From positions 70,558,001-70,622,000 of the forward strand of contig NW_024704742.1 of the NCBI RefSeq assembly GCF_018977255.1: a stretch of 64,000 bases of DNA, given 5' to 3'. Under the pieces are notes generated by a model that was not told the DNA's origin, ran no database searches, and saw only the letters and a list, made by a program, of their open reading frames with translations. The translations under genes were made by a program, and so were the position numbers. Source of the DNA: Callorhinchus milii. Taxonomy: Eukaryota. Shown piece after piece: positions 36,995 through 48,665 of this stretch. Numbering within the stretch: position 1 is the first letter of the stretch; each line of letters begins with the position of its first letter.

Positions 36995-37345
36995 TATCTC
37001 TCTCACTCAATCTCTCCCTCTCTCACTCACACTCTCACTCGCTTTCTCCCTCTCTCGTTCCCTCTCCCTCTCTCACTCTTCCTCCCTCCTACTCGCTCTC
37101 ACCCTCTCTCACTCCCCGCACACTCTCTCTCACTCTCTTTTTTTCACTCTCTCTCTCGCTCGTACTCTCACTCACTCTCTCATTCTTGCTCAAGCTCTCA
37201 ACCACAGACTCACTCTCTGTTGCTGTCTCTCTCACTCTTTCTCACTCTCTTTCTCACTCTCATTCATGCTCTCACTCTTGCTCGCTCTCACACTCTCACT
37301 CATGCTCTGACTCTTGCTTGCTCTCACTCTCTTACTCTTGCTCAC
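36995..37345. repeat. CT-rich low-complexity tract
   Basis: Degenerate (CT)n/(CTCA)n. Confidence 0.9.
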
Positions 37346-38050
37346 CTCGATACCCTTTTCTTTGTCTTTTTTTCATAGCAACCTCTTTCATTAACTCTAT
37401 CATGTTCTCTGTTCTCTTTCCTACTGTCTCGCGAGTCAGCCTGCAGCCTGGCTCAGGTGGTTGTGGGCTCAAGCTCCATGTTAGGACTCAGAAACCATTC
37501 AGTTCAAGCTGACGCCCCAGTTCAGTGCTGAGGAAGCGCCTCATTGTTGGAGGTGCCGTTCTTCAGATGACGCATTAAACCGAGGTCCCGTCTGTGCCCC
37601 GTTTGGATGTTAAAGATCTTGCAACGCTATTCAAACCGCGAAAGGAGCTTCTCTCTCCCGGTTTCCTGGCTGACAATCCCCCAAATATAATCGCTCACCC
37701 AATTCACGGCTGTTTGTAGGACAGTCCTGTGCGCAGTTATCATCCCTATATGGGTCAAAAGTCCCGAGGCGGGTCTTGAACTCACAACCTTCTGACCCAG
37801 AGGTGAGAGTACCACCAACTTCTCTCTCTCTTGTTCTGTGGTGTCTGTGTCACCCTAAAGCTGCTTTTTGGGTGTCTCTCAAGTGTCTGCCACTGGAGGG
37901 AGCCACCTGGGTCTACCCTTGATATCCACAGCTGCTCTGCAGGAATGTTACACCCATTTTATTCCTCTTTCTTTGCAAAACTGTATGTAAAAAGATAAAA
38001 GTCATGAATTCATGTTCAAGAATGTGGCATAAACCCACTCTCGGAAATAT

Positions 38051-39143
38051 GTCAGCCTGGCCCACAAGCTTCTGACTCTCATCTCTGAGTCAGAAGGTTG
38101 TGTGTTCAAGCCCCACGTCGGGTCTCAGAATCGCATAGTCTAGGCTGATACCTCAGTGCAGTGCTGGGGGTGTTGCATTATCGGAGGTGCTGTTCTTCGG
38201 GAGAGACGTTAAACTGAGGTCTTGTCTGTGCCTGTTTAGGCGGATGTTAAATATCCCGCGACACTACAACAACAACAACAACAACAATAAGATTCCATTT
38301 ATAGAGCACCTTTCACGTCGGGAGGACGTCCCAAGGCGCTGTACAGTTGGGTCAGGACCCGAGCAGGGGGGAAATGGTCAGGGTGAGGGGAGGGAAGGGA
38401 GGGAGCGAGGAGGGGGGAAATGTCAGGGTGAGGGGAGGGAAGGGAGGGAGCGAGGAGGGGGAAATGGTCAGGGTGAGGGGAGGGAAGGGAGGGAGCGAGG
38501 AGGGGGTAGAGAGTCGAGAGGGGAGCTGAAGGCACGGTCAAAGAGAAAGGTTTTGAGACCGGCCTTGAAGGAGGAAAGGGAGGAGGCGGCGAAGGCACTG
38601 GGGATGGAGTTCCAGAGTCTCGGGGCTAAGAGGCTGAAGGCCGGGCCACCGATGGTAGGGCGGTTGGGGCGGGGGATGTGGAGCAGACCGGAGCCAGAGG
38701 AACGGAGGGTACGGGCAGGTAAGTAGGGGATAGTAGGTCAGAGAGGTAGGAGGGAGCGAGGCCGTGAATGGCCTTGTAGGTGAGGATGAGGATCTTGAAA
38801 TCAATCCTCTGGGGGATGGGGAGCCAGTGGAGGCGAGCGAGGGTGGGAGTGATGTGGTCCCGAAGCCTGGTGCAGGACAGTACACGAGCTGCAGAGTTCT
38901 GAATGACCTGCAGCTTGTGGAGGGATTCACTATTCGAAAAGAGAAGAGAATTTCTCTCTCCCGGTGTCCTGGCCAACATTTCCGCGGATATAATCAGTCA
39001 TTCACTTCATTGTTGTTTACAGAATGTTGTGAAAACTGGCGGCCTCATTCGCCTACAAAAGTCACTATATACTCTGTGAATGCCTTTGGATATCCTCCTG
39101 AAGTGAAAGGCGCTGTATCAAATGTAGGGATTATTATTGTTAT
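38051..39143 (+). mobile_element. SINE family B split by a young L2 (halves 38051-38266 and 38928-39143)
   Basis: ..ATCCCGCGACACTA | L2 | CACTATTCGAAAAGAGAAG; TSD CACTA. Confidence 0.88.
38267..38927 (-). mobile_element. Young L2 3' fragment with TSD CACTA
   Basis: HKLQVIQNSAARVLSCTRLRDHITPTLARLHWLPIPQRIDFKILILTYKAIHGLAPSYLSDLL; CpG-rich; 3' UTR carries a triplicated ~44 bp unit. Confidence 0.95.
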
Positions 39144-39901
39144 TATGCTCATCCAAAATCACATCAGGAAGACGTCTCAAAGTGTTTCCTTCACACAGTG
39201 ACTGGGAGCTCGACCAGTGGGGACGGGGTGAAACTGGGGCAAAACATCCAGATGAACAGGCAGATGGGATTTTGTTTTTTTACATCTTATTTGAAGGGCG
39301 GCATTTCCAACAATGTGCACTCCCCCAACACTGCACTGAAATGTCAGTTTAGACTATATGCGTTCCATTGACAATGTGGTGATTATTCCATTATTATTAT
39401 TATTATAGTGGTCCTGTCCATCTCCATGTCTCTTGTCTTGTTTCCTCTCCTGTGTCAGTGAGTTCCTGCTATCTCTCTGCAATTCCTTCCCTGATATCCT
39501 GCCAGCACATGCGTGGCCCTCACAGCTGTTTGCCGCTGCTGTTGTCTCTCCCTCCTGTCCTCCGGAGACTCTCCTTTCCTTTCTATCTCATTTCCCAGCA
39601 ATCTGGCTTCTTTGGGGACCCTCCATCCATTTAGGATCATAAAATGTTTACAGCTCAGGAGGGGAGCGCTCAGCCTGCCTGTGCCCATGACGTGCTGCTT
39701 TCACCCACTGGAGAGCTCTCCTCCTATCCCACCCCCCCCACCCACAACCCCACCCCCGGCCTACTATTTTCACCCTTTGGTCATCTTTCCCCATTGCCCC
39801 CCTCCCAACGCCCCCAGGCCCTTGTTCTCATTCACATCTCATGTGCGCACTGTCAAGCACTTTGAGATGTTCTCCCAGTGTGAAAGGCGCTTTTTAAATA
39901 T

Positions 39902-40275
39902 TAATAATAATCCTTGCATTTGATATAGCGTCTTATCACGTCATCGAGGTGTCTGAAAGCGCTTCACAGGATATACTGTAAAGTGGATTGATTGCATATT
40001 ATGTGAATTTTTATTATTTAACAAATGCTGCACTCGAATTGTGCACAGCAGTGTCGCACAAACAATTGTGGATCGAGTGACCAAATTATTTTTTGAAGGG
40101 ATTATTACCCCTGGAAAGCGATCTGTCAATCGATATACAACCTGCTACACACTGCTAGGAAAATAGAGGCATGTGGAATAAGGAAACCTGCCTAAGGTTT
40201 TGCCCTGCCCAGGAATCAAACCTGGGTCCTCTCGCTTGTGAGGCGAATGCGCTAACCACTACACTACGGGACTCC
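39902..40275 (-). mobile_element. SINE family A, full length
   Basis: All modules present; tail-to-tail with an L2 tail (about 39735-39900). Confidence 0.9.
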
Positions 40276-40344
40276 CCTCTCTTTTCCAATAACGCCAGTA
40301 GTCTTTAGTGTAATGGGTCACCTGAACAATGGCACCTCTGGCAG

Positions 40345-40955
40345 TGCCTCAGCCGGTAGCGCTCTCATCTCTGAGTCAGGAGGTTGTGAGTTCAAAGCCT
40401 ATAAACAACAACAACAACTTGCACTTATATGCTGCTCTCCACGCAAGGTAGTGTCTCAGATCTCTTAAAAGTGATGGAGCCTATCGTCAGGACTTTGAAC
40501 TGATAGTCTAGGCGGACGCTCCAGTGTAGTACTGGGTGGAGCGCCACATTGTTGGAGATGTCATCCTTCAGTTGATGTGCCCTGTCCAGGTGGGAGTCCT
40601 GCAGCCCAATTCGTAAAGGAGGTTTCTCTCTCCTGGTGTCCTGGCTGACAACCTGGGTTTGATTCCCAGGCAGGGCAAGTCCTTAGGCAAGTTTCCTTAC
40701 TCCACACGCCTCTGTTTACCTACCAGTAAGTAGGAACCCAGTTGTTAGTTGATTGGCGGATCACTTTCTGGGGGTAATAATCCCCTCAAAAGAAAATTGA
40801 TCACTCAATCCACAATTGTTTGTGGGACAATGCTGTGCCAATTGCCTTTCACCCACAGAATACACAGTCACTACACTTTACAGTATGTTCTGTGAAGCGC
40901 TTCGAGACGAATCAACGACGTGATAAGGCGCCATATCAAACGCAGGGATTATTAC
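40345..40955 (+). mobile_element. SINE B 5' part (40345-40650) joined to SINE A lacking its A-box (40651-40955)
   Basis: Deu body ends CCTGGCTGACA, then ACCTGGGTTTGATTCCCAGG (family A B-box); small L2 tail at about 40405-40480. Confidence 0.78.
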
Positions 40956-40984
40956 ATATGTATTTATATTTATACCTTTCCTTT

Positions 40985-41195
40985 TCCCGCTATAAAAGTT
41001 TAATTGGAATTTACAGATCCATTGGAGACGGCAGCCACTTGGATCCGGACGTGTTACCGCGGTAACAATATTTGTGCCATTTCTATTCCAGCGTGCTGCT
41101 TTCTGAGCTCCATTTAGAGCTGAGAAGATGGCAGCGTGTTATATCGTTAGCAGCTGCAACCAGGTGCAGAATTACATTAACACCTCGCACATGTT
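40985..41195. promoter_or_regulatory. Candidate CNE
   Basis: Unique and CpG-retaining; CTATAAAA, TTAATTGG, AAGATGGC, CAGCTG, CAGGTG. Confidence 0.45.
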
Positions 41196-41554
41196 TAGAG
41201 AGGGAGAGAGAAACCGAGAGAGGGAGTGGGGGAGAAGGGGGGGGGGGGGGGGGTGGCAAAGAGACAGACAGGGAAAGTGGAGAAGAGGGAGAGAGAAGGC
41301 TAGAGAGAGAAAGGGGGGGTGCGGGGAAAGAGCTAAAACGAAGGAAAGCTCAGCGGAGATGAGAGAGGAAAAGCGAGCAAGAACGAAAAAGTGAGAGCAA
41401 AAGAGAGAGGGGGAGAAGAGAGGGGTGGGAGAGAAATGAGAGCGAGAACGAGGTAGGGAGAAAGAGTGAGAAAGAGAAAAACACTAAGAGAGAGAGAGAG
41501 CAAATCAAAGAACAATGGAGAGCAAAAGAGAGAGAGAATATGAAGAAACCTGCA

Positions 41555-41872
41555 TAGAGGCGGTTAAAATGATTGCATTTGTAGGGGAACGCAGCAGACA
41601 ATTTGTTCAGAGCAATGTCCCACAAACAGGGGGATTGCCGGCCAGGATACCTGGAGAGAGAAACTCCCTTCTCCTTTCCATTAGCACTTTGGGATCTTTA
41701 ATGCCAACCTGAACAAGCACAGACTCAGTTAAACATCTCATCCAAAGAACGGCACCTCACACAATCCAGCACTCCCCCCAGCACTGCTTTGGAGCGTCAG
41801 CCTAGACCGTGAGCTCAAAGTCCCAACCTTCTGACTCCGAGGCAAAAGTGTGAGTGATTGAGCCAGGCTGAT
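41555..41872 (-). mobile_element. SINE family B
   Basis: Deu body and head on the reverse strand. Confidence 0.8.
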
Positions 41873-41875
41873 GCA

Positions 41876-42196
41876 ATTTTCACAATATATTGTGAAGTGA
41901 ATTGACTGTATATTTTATGGGCTAAATGTGGTGGCCAATTGCACACAGCAGTGTCCCACAAAACAGTCGTGGATTGCGTGACCAAATTATTATCGTATTT
42001 GTTGTTTATTGGAAGGATTATTAACTCCAGAAAGCGATCCGCCAATCGATTAACAACCAGGTTCCTACTTACTGCTAGGTAAACAGAGGTGTGTGGAGTA
42101 AGGAAATTTGCCTAAGGTTTCGCCCTGCCTGGGAATTGAACCCGAGTCCTCTCGCTTGTGAGGTGAGTGTGCTAACCACTACACTACAGGACTCCA
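41876..42196 (-). mobile_element. SINE family A (tail lost)
   Basis: Head, CORE-like and Deu-like parts intact. Confidence 0.88.
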
Positions 42197-42424
42197 ATTT
42201 CTGCGTAGAAAGTCACAGGTATGCGGCTGGTAAGGGGAAACAGTGAGCTGGCAGAGATTGCCCGGTGACCAGGCCAGTCTCACAGCAGGAGGCAGTCTCC
42301 CAGCCCACAGCCCCCAATCCTCACACTGCACAGGAACACCCACTCAGTAATTTGCTCAATTATTTTCCAACATCAGACCACTAATTAAGGTTGAGTTTAT
42401 CTGCTGTGGAAAGAACAGGCTATC

Positions 42425-42845
42425 TTCTCTCTCACTCTCTCTCCTCTCTCCCCTGCTCTCTCTTGTCTCTTGTTTGATCACTCGCTCTCTCTCTTGCTCC
42501 ATCTCACTATCTCGCTCTCTCGTGCTCTATCTCACCTTCTCGCTCTCTCTTGCCCTCTCTCTTGTTTTTTTCTCTCGCTCTCTCCTTGCTCTCTCGCCTT
42601 CTCTCTTACTTCTCTCTCTGTCTCTCTTTTAATTTCTCTCACTTGCTTTCTCTCTCCCCTTTGCTCTGTCTCTCTTGTTCTCTCTCAATCTCTCTCTCGC
42701 TTTCTTGCCTTCTCATCTGCCTCTTTCACTCTCTCTCTTGTGCTCTCTTGTTTGTACTCTTTTGCTCTCTCACACTTTCTCTTACTCTCTCTCTTTCACT
42801 CTCTTCTGCTCTGTATCACTCTCTCTGTGTTGCTCTCTCACTCAC
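42425..42845. repeat. CT-rich low-complexity tract
   Basis: Degenerate (CT)n. Confidence 0.9.
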
Positions 42846-42959
42846 AGGTATCAGTCACAGGTATCTCCCTCAGAGGGACAAACAGAAAAGGTAATAACAG
42901 ATCTCGAGGACAAGAATCCTGGGCTCCTAGAGGCTCTAACATATCATCAGGTCTCCTAG

Positions 42960-43190
42960 ATCCATAGACTTTCACAGCACAAAAGGAGGCCATTCGGCCT
43001 ATTGAGTCTGCACCTGCTGTCAGAGAACTGCCCTGCTCTATCCCCACACTCCCTTCAAATCTCTCTTCTTCATATACCCGTCTACCCTCCTAAAAACCGC
43101 AATGGACTCTGCCTCCACCACCTTACTTGGCAGAGCGTTACAAATCCCAGCAACTCTTTGTGCGAAAAAATGTCTCAGCTTTTCTTTTGC
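42960..43190 (-). mobile_element. CR1 3' tail fragment
   Basis: CATAGAC..ACAGCACAAAAGGAGGCCATTCGGCC; remnant of the reverse-strand WN.LP..VVEA coding end. Confidence 0.75.
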
Positions 43191-43207
43191 TCTTCTTATA
43201 ACTCTTC

Positions 43208-43584
43208 GTGGAGTCCTGTAAGCTCAGTGATTAGAGCTCTCGCCTCGTAAGCGAGAGACCTGGGTTCGATTTCCGGTAGGGCAAAATGTTGGGCAAGTTT
43301 CCTTACTCCACACGCCTCTGTTTACCTAGCAGTAAGTAGGAACCCGGTTGTTAGTCAATTGTCGGATTGCTTTTCCAGGGATAATTATCCCTCAAAAAAA
43401 AACAACAATAATAATTTGGTCACACAATCCATGACTGGTTGTGGGACACTGCTATGCACAATTGGCTGCCACATTTTGCCCACAAATATACAGTCAATTC
43501 ACTTTACAGTATATCCTGTGAAGCGCTTTGAGATGTCCCGAAGACATGATACGGTGCTATATCAAATGCAAGGAGTATTATTAT
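43208..43584 (+). mobile_element. SINE family A, full length
   Basis: GTGGAGTCCTGTAAGCTCAGTG..CTCGCCTCGTAAGCGAG..GGTTCGATTTCC; complete body and tail. Confidence 0.92.
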
Positions 43585-43629
43585 CATAACTATCTTATAA
43601 CCAATGCGACTATTTTGCTTATTATTAAT

Positions 43630-43964
43630 AATAACAACACTGACATTTGGTATAGTGCCTTTCGTGACATGTCCCACAAACAACCATAAGTGAATGACTG
43701 ATTGTATCTGGGGAATTGTCAGCCAGGACATTGGGAGAGAGAAACTCCCTTCCCTTTTCCAATAGCACCGCGGGATCTTTAAGGTCCACCTTAAAGGTGG
43801 AGAGACGGGGAGTGAGGTTTAACGTCTTACCCAAAGGACGGCACCTACCCCCAGCACTGAGCTGGAGCATCAGCCCAGACTGTGAACTCAAAGTCCCCAT
43901 CTCGGGGACTTGAACCTACAGCTTCTGACTCAGAGGTGGGAGGGCGTCCAACTGAGCCAGGCTG
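43630..43964 (-). mobile_element. SINE family B
   Basis: Deu body and head on the reverse strand. Confidence 0.8.
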
Positions 43965-44534
43965 AAACCTTTAATTGATGAGTGATGCATTGAAGAACAA
44001 CAACTTGAGTTTATATAGCGACCTTCACACCAGGCTTAAGCCTCTGAGGCACTATCCTGTGTGAAAGCCGCTAAGTAAAGGTGAGTTGACGCTGGGTGGT
44101 ATATATCTCTGTCTGCTGTAGAGATGGTCTGCCCCAGCCTCAAACTGTTACTATTTCACTATTCCATTTTCAGCTGCCTGAAACCATAGTAACATGTTTC
44201 ACACACAGGGGATTTCTCCCCAGTCAGAACACACCACAAGAAGTGTGATCAACATCATGTCACCTCTCCATCCTATCCCGAACTCCAACACTCCATCATC
44301 TCTCCTACCTTCACCTCTCCTCCCCTCTCCCCCTCTCCACTTCCATCTCCTTCCCTCTCCTCCCCTCTCCCCGTCTCACCCTCTCCTCCCTTCCCCTCTC
44401 TCCCTCTCCCATCGCTTCTCCTCTCCTCCCCTCTCCCTTCAACCGAAGTCCCACCTGTAAATACGAGGTATCCCCACAGCAGGAGCTCAGATCTGTTATC
44501 GCTGCCTGAGCTATGGTGATAATTCACACACACC

Positions 44535-44709
44535 TAAGAGAGAGAGAGAGAGAGAGGGACCAGTGAGAGAGACTGACACAAAGTGATAGAGAGAGCAACA
44601 ACAACAACAAAATGACATTTATAGAGCACCTTTCACGTCGGGAGGACGTCCCAAAGTGCCAAGAAACAGAGAGACTGAGAGAGAATAGAGAGTGACTGAC
44701 ATAGAGACT

Positions 44710-44749
<40 letters not shown>

Positions 44750-44995
44750 CTGAGAGTAGAGAGTGACTGACAGAGAGAAAGAGAGAGAAACAGAGACTGA
44801 GAGAGAGTAGAGAGTGACTGACAGAGAAAGAGAAACAGCGAGAGAGAGAAACTAACACAGACAAAGAGACTGACAGAGAGAGAAAACGATTGACAAAGCA
44901 AGAGAGAGAAATAGAGACAGAGAGAGAGAATAGAGAGTGACTGACAGAGAGAGAAATAGAGACAGAGAGAGAAAGAGAGAGACTGACAGAGAGAG
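44535..44995. repeat. GA/GACT-rich tract containing a short L2 tail (44596-44660)
   Basis: Degenerate (GA)n; CAACAACAAC..TTTCACGTCGGGAGGACGTCCC matches the young L2 tail. Confidence 0.85.
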
Positions 44996-45169
44996 CTCAT
45001 CTCCCTTCGGCTCGGTGTCAGGCTCCATCACTGTTAAGTGCTCCGACACACTACTCCGCGTGAACGGCGCTGTATAAATGCAAGTTGTTGTTGTTACCCA
45101 CAATTCTGGCCCATCTGAAGGGAATTTTAAGGGAGAAGGTCTCCCAGGCTGAGACTAGGTAGAATTTAT

Positions 45170-45435
45170 ACAATAGAATCAAAGAAACCTACAGCACAGA
45201 AGGAGGCCATTCAGCCCATCGTGCCTGTGCGGCTCTTTGAAAGACTTACCAACTAGTCTCACTCCCCCGCTCTTACTCCATAAAACTACGATTTGTTCCT
45301 TTTCAAGTACCTTTCTAATTCCCTATTGAAAGCTACTATCGAATCGGCTTCCCCAGCCTTTCAGACAGTCTATTCCAGACCATAACAACTCGCTGCGTAA
45401 AAAAAAATTCTTCTCATCTCCCCTCTGGTTCTTTA
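45170..45435 (-). mobile_element. CR1 3' end
   Basis: ATAGAATC..ACAGCACAGAAGGAGGCCATTCAGCCCATCG; reverse strand FFTQRVVMVWNRLSERLGK. Confidence 0.85.
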
Positions 45436-45757
45436 ATAAGATATGATTACAGAGAACCACAGTCATTTGCAGTACAGAAGAAGGCCTTTCTGCCCATCAT
45501 GTCCTTGCCGTCTCTTTTAAACAGCGACCCTTTCAGTCCCTCTTTGATTCCCTCCCGCTGTTTATCTTCAAAAACATCCAGTCTCTGAGGGTGCAAACCA
45601 GATATTTCTGCCTCGGGTTTTGAATGATGCTTTCATTGAGAATCATCTTCACATTGCTGCACACTACACTCACTAGAGGGGGAGAGTGTGTGGGTGGGGG
45701 GGGCATTCATAATGAGAATCTCTGGTACAGCTTTACAGTTCAGTGTGGGGGCACAGT

Positions 45758-45930
45758 GAGTGAATGAGCGAGCGAGTGAGTTAGCGAGCGAGCAAGTGAG
45801 TGAGTGGGTGAGTGAGTGAGTGAATGAGCAAGTGAGTGAGGGAGGGAGTTAGCGAGTGAGTGAGGTGGGGAGGTAGTTAGCGAGTGAGTGAGTGAGTGAG
45901 TGAGTGAGTGAGTGAGTGAGTGAGTGAGTA
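45758..45930. repeat. (GTGA)n microsatellite
   Basis: Directly visible. Confidence 0.92.
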
Positions 45931-46435
45931 AGGGAATGAGAGAGTGAGGAAGGGAGCAAAAGCCAATGAGTAAGTACGTTTGCAAGCGTGCAAGGGGTTA
46001 ATCTCAGACACAGAGGGTAGGTGTGTGAAGAGGTAATCTCTGAGACACTGCGTGGATTTCAGTGAAGGGGTTAATCTCTCAATAACACCGGTGACAGTTC
46101 TCCACAGAGGCACCAATTAACCTCTTCACATTACAGCAATTAGGTGGCTCACCCAACCCAAACATTGGGGGGGTAGTGAGAAGAGGGGATGTGAGGGGCA
46201 GAGCACGGAGTGAGGGGTGGGAGAGAGAGGGAGGAGGAGGGAGGGAGGGGAATTGGGGCAGATGTTATGAAAGCAGCTTTGAAAGACTGTCGCCATCTGG
46301 GTCTCACCGTGTGGTGAGCGAGAACCGAGATCCACCCTGATGCTCTCTCTCTCTCTCTCTCTCTTTCTCAAGCAGAATCTACAGCTTCATTAAGGCTCAA
46401 ATTAAAATTTGTTTTAATTAACTCGTTGAACAGGC

Positions 46436-46900
46436 AGCGAGGCTCAATCACTTGCGCTCTCGTCTCTGAATCACAAGGCTGTGGGTTCAAGCCTCCCCAT
46501 GTCAGTGGGGGGAGGCTTGAACCCACTTTGAGCTCCCAGTCTAGGCTGACCCAGCACTGGGGGGGGAGAGAACGCCGCATTGCCAGAGTCGCCGTCCTTC
46601 AATCCCCATCTGTGCCCTGTTCAGGTGGATGTTAAAGACCCCATGGCGCTACTGGGAAAGCGTTAGGAGTTTCTCTCTCCCGGTGTCCTGGCCGGCAATC
46701 CCGCCCCAGATAAAACTGGTCACTCACTTCATGGCTGTTTGTGGGATGTAGCTGTGTGTAAACTGATTGCCGCCTTCGCCCACAAAATTGCACAGTCACT
46801 GCAGTTTAAAGTAAATGCTATGAAACGCTTCGAGACGCCCTCCTGACATGAAAGGCACAAGGATTATTCAAATGCAAGGATTGTTATTCTGGTTACTATT
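46436..46900 (+). mobile_element. SINE family B, near full length
   Basis: Head, Deu domain and tail present. Confidence 0.85.
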
Positions 46901-46955
46901 ATTGAAGTGCAAGTTGCTGTTTGGAATGAAGGTCATGGTGTGTAGTGACATATTA

Positions 46956-46974
46956 TGTCCACCAGAGGGTGCCA
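46956..46974 (+). promoter_or_regulatory. Candidate CTCF site
   Basis: TGTCCACCAGAGGGTGCCA is a near-consensus core in unique DNA. Confidence 0.45.
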
Positions 46975-47007
46975 TGGGGCAAGTTTGCCAATCGGTTCAC
47001 ACTAAAG

Positions 47008-47358
47008 ATAACAATAATCCTTACATTTGATGTGGTGCCTTTCTCATTGGGAGGATGTCTCTAAGCGCTTCATAGGATTTACTGTAAAAGGTAGTAACTG
47101 TGTGTTTTGTAGGCGAACATGGCAGCCAATTGGCGTACAGAAACGTCCCACCAACAGCCAGGACCGATTTTTATTTGGGAGATTGTCATCCAGGACAGAG
47201 GGAGAGAGAAACTCCTTTCTCTTTTTGAACAGAGCTGCGGGATCTTCAATCCCACCCGAACAGACAGAAGGGACCTCGGTTTAATGTCTCATTCAAAGGC
47301 ACCTCTGACAATACAGCACTCCCCCAGCACTATACTGGAGTGTCCACCTGGACCGTGA
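47008..47358 (-). mobile_element. SINE family B
   Basis: Tail and Deu body on the reverse strand; followed by a SINE A 3' part (47377-47565). Confidence 0.82.
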
Positions 47359-47858
47359 GGCTTTATAGGGGCTTTATAATAGTAATAATCCTTGCATTTG
47401 ATATATCACCTTATCACATCATTGACACGTCTCAAAGCGCTTCACAGAATATACTGTAAAGTGGATTCAATTTGTATTTTGTAGGTGAAACACGGCAGCC
47501 AATTGCGCACAGCAGTGTCCCACAAACAGTCATGGATTGAGTGACCCAATTATTTTGTTATTATTAACTTGCTGACCATACATAAAACAAACCGAGAGAG
47601 AGAGAGAGAGAGAGAGAGATAAGGAGGTGGTAGCTGATATCCTCCGGTTAGATTTTCAAGCTAAATCCCGCAGACGGTCCCCCTCCTGTGTTGTGGAGGC
47701 AGCACCCACACTCTCACATTGTGCTAACAAGGCGTTGACAGTGCGTTGACATCACACAGATGTTTGCATCCAAAGCTTGGACTTTGTAATTAATAATTAA
47801 AATGACACTGCTGTTCGCTGCTGTTTTAAAATTATGGCAGACACAAAAAAGAGTGGCA

Positions 47859-48229
47859 GTGGAGTCCAGTAGTGTAGTGGTTAGTGCGCTCGCCTCGCAA
47901 GCGAGAGGGCCAAGGTTCGATTTCCGGGCAGGACAAAACCCTAGACAAGTTTCCTTACTCCACACCGCTCTGTTTATCTAGCAATAAGTAGGAACCCGAT
48001 TGTTTAGTTGATTGGCGGATCACTTTTCCGGGGATAATAAGCCCTCAAAAAACATGTGGTCACTCAATCCACGACTGTTTGTGAGACACTGCTGTGTGCT
48101 ATTGGCTGGTGCATTTCGCCCATAAAATTCACAGTCAATCCACTTTACTGTATATTCTGTGAAGTACTTTGAGTCGTCTCAAAGATGTAATAAGGCGCTA
48201 TATCAAATGCAAGCATTATTATTATTATT
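47859..48229 (+). mobile_element. SINE family A, full length
   Basis: Anticodon arm CTCGC-CTCGCAA-GCGAG (CGC, Ala-like); B-box GGTTCGATTTCC. Confidence 0.92.
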
Positions 48230-48349
48230 AAGTGATGGCGGCTGACATTTTTGCTGTCAGTGATGTTTGGTGTCTGGATCAGGAGGTTGTCTGGGGGAGT
48301 GCCTCACTGTCCTTTAGATGAGACGTTAAAACCAAGGTCCCATGTGTGC

Positions 48350-48665
48350 TCTATTTAGATGGGCAGTCACAGTGTATGTTGTAGGCAACTAGTTTGTGCA
48401 CAGCAACATCCCACAAACAGCCATGAAGTGATTGCCCAATTTTATCTGGGGGATTGTTGGCCAGGAAACCAGGAGAGAGAAACTCCCTTCTCTCTTCCAA
48501 AAGCACCGCGGGATCTTTAATGTCCACCTGAACAGAGCACAAATGCGGAGTAGATTTTAACATCTCATCTGAAGGACGTCACCTCTGGGAATGCAGTGCA
48601 CCCTGTTGTACTGCACTGGAGCCTCAGCCTAGACTGTGAGCTCAATGCCCCGACTGAGCCAGGCG
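48350..48665 (-). mobile_element. SINE family B
   Basis: Deu body on the reverse strand. Confidence 0.78.

Noticed and set aside
47859..47932. tRNA-Ala(CGC) gene, and similar cloverleaf-like heads elsewhere
   Set aside because: Each runs directly into a SINE body and is individually mutated, so these are SINE heads.
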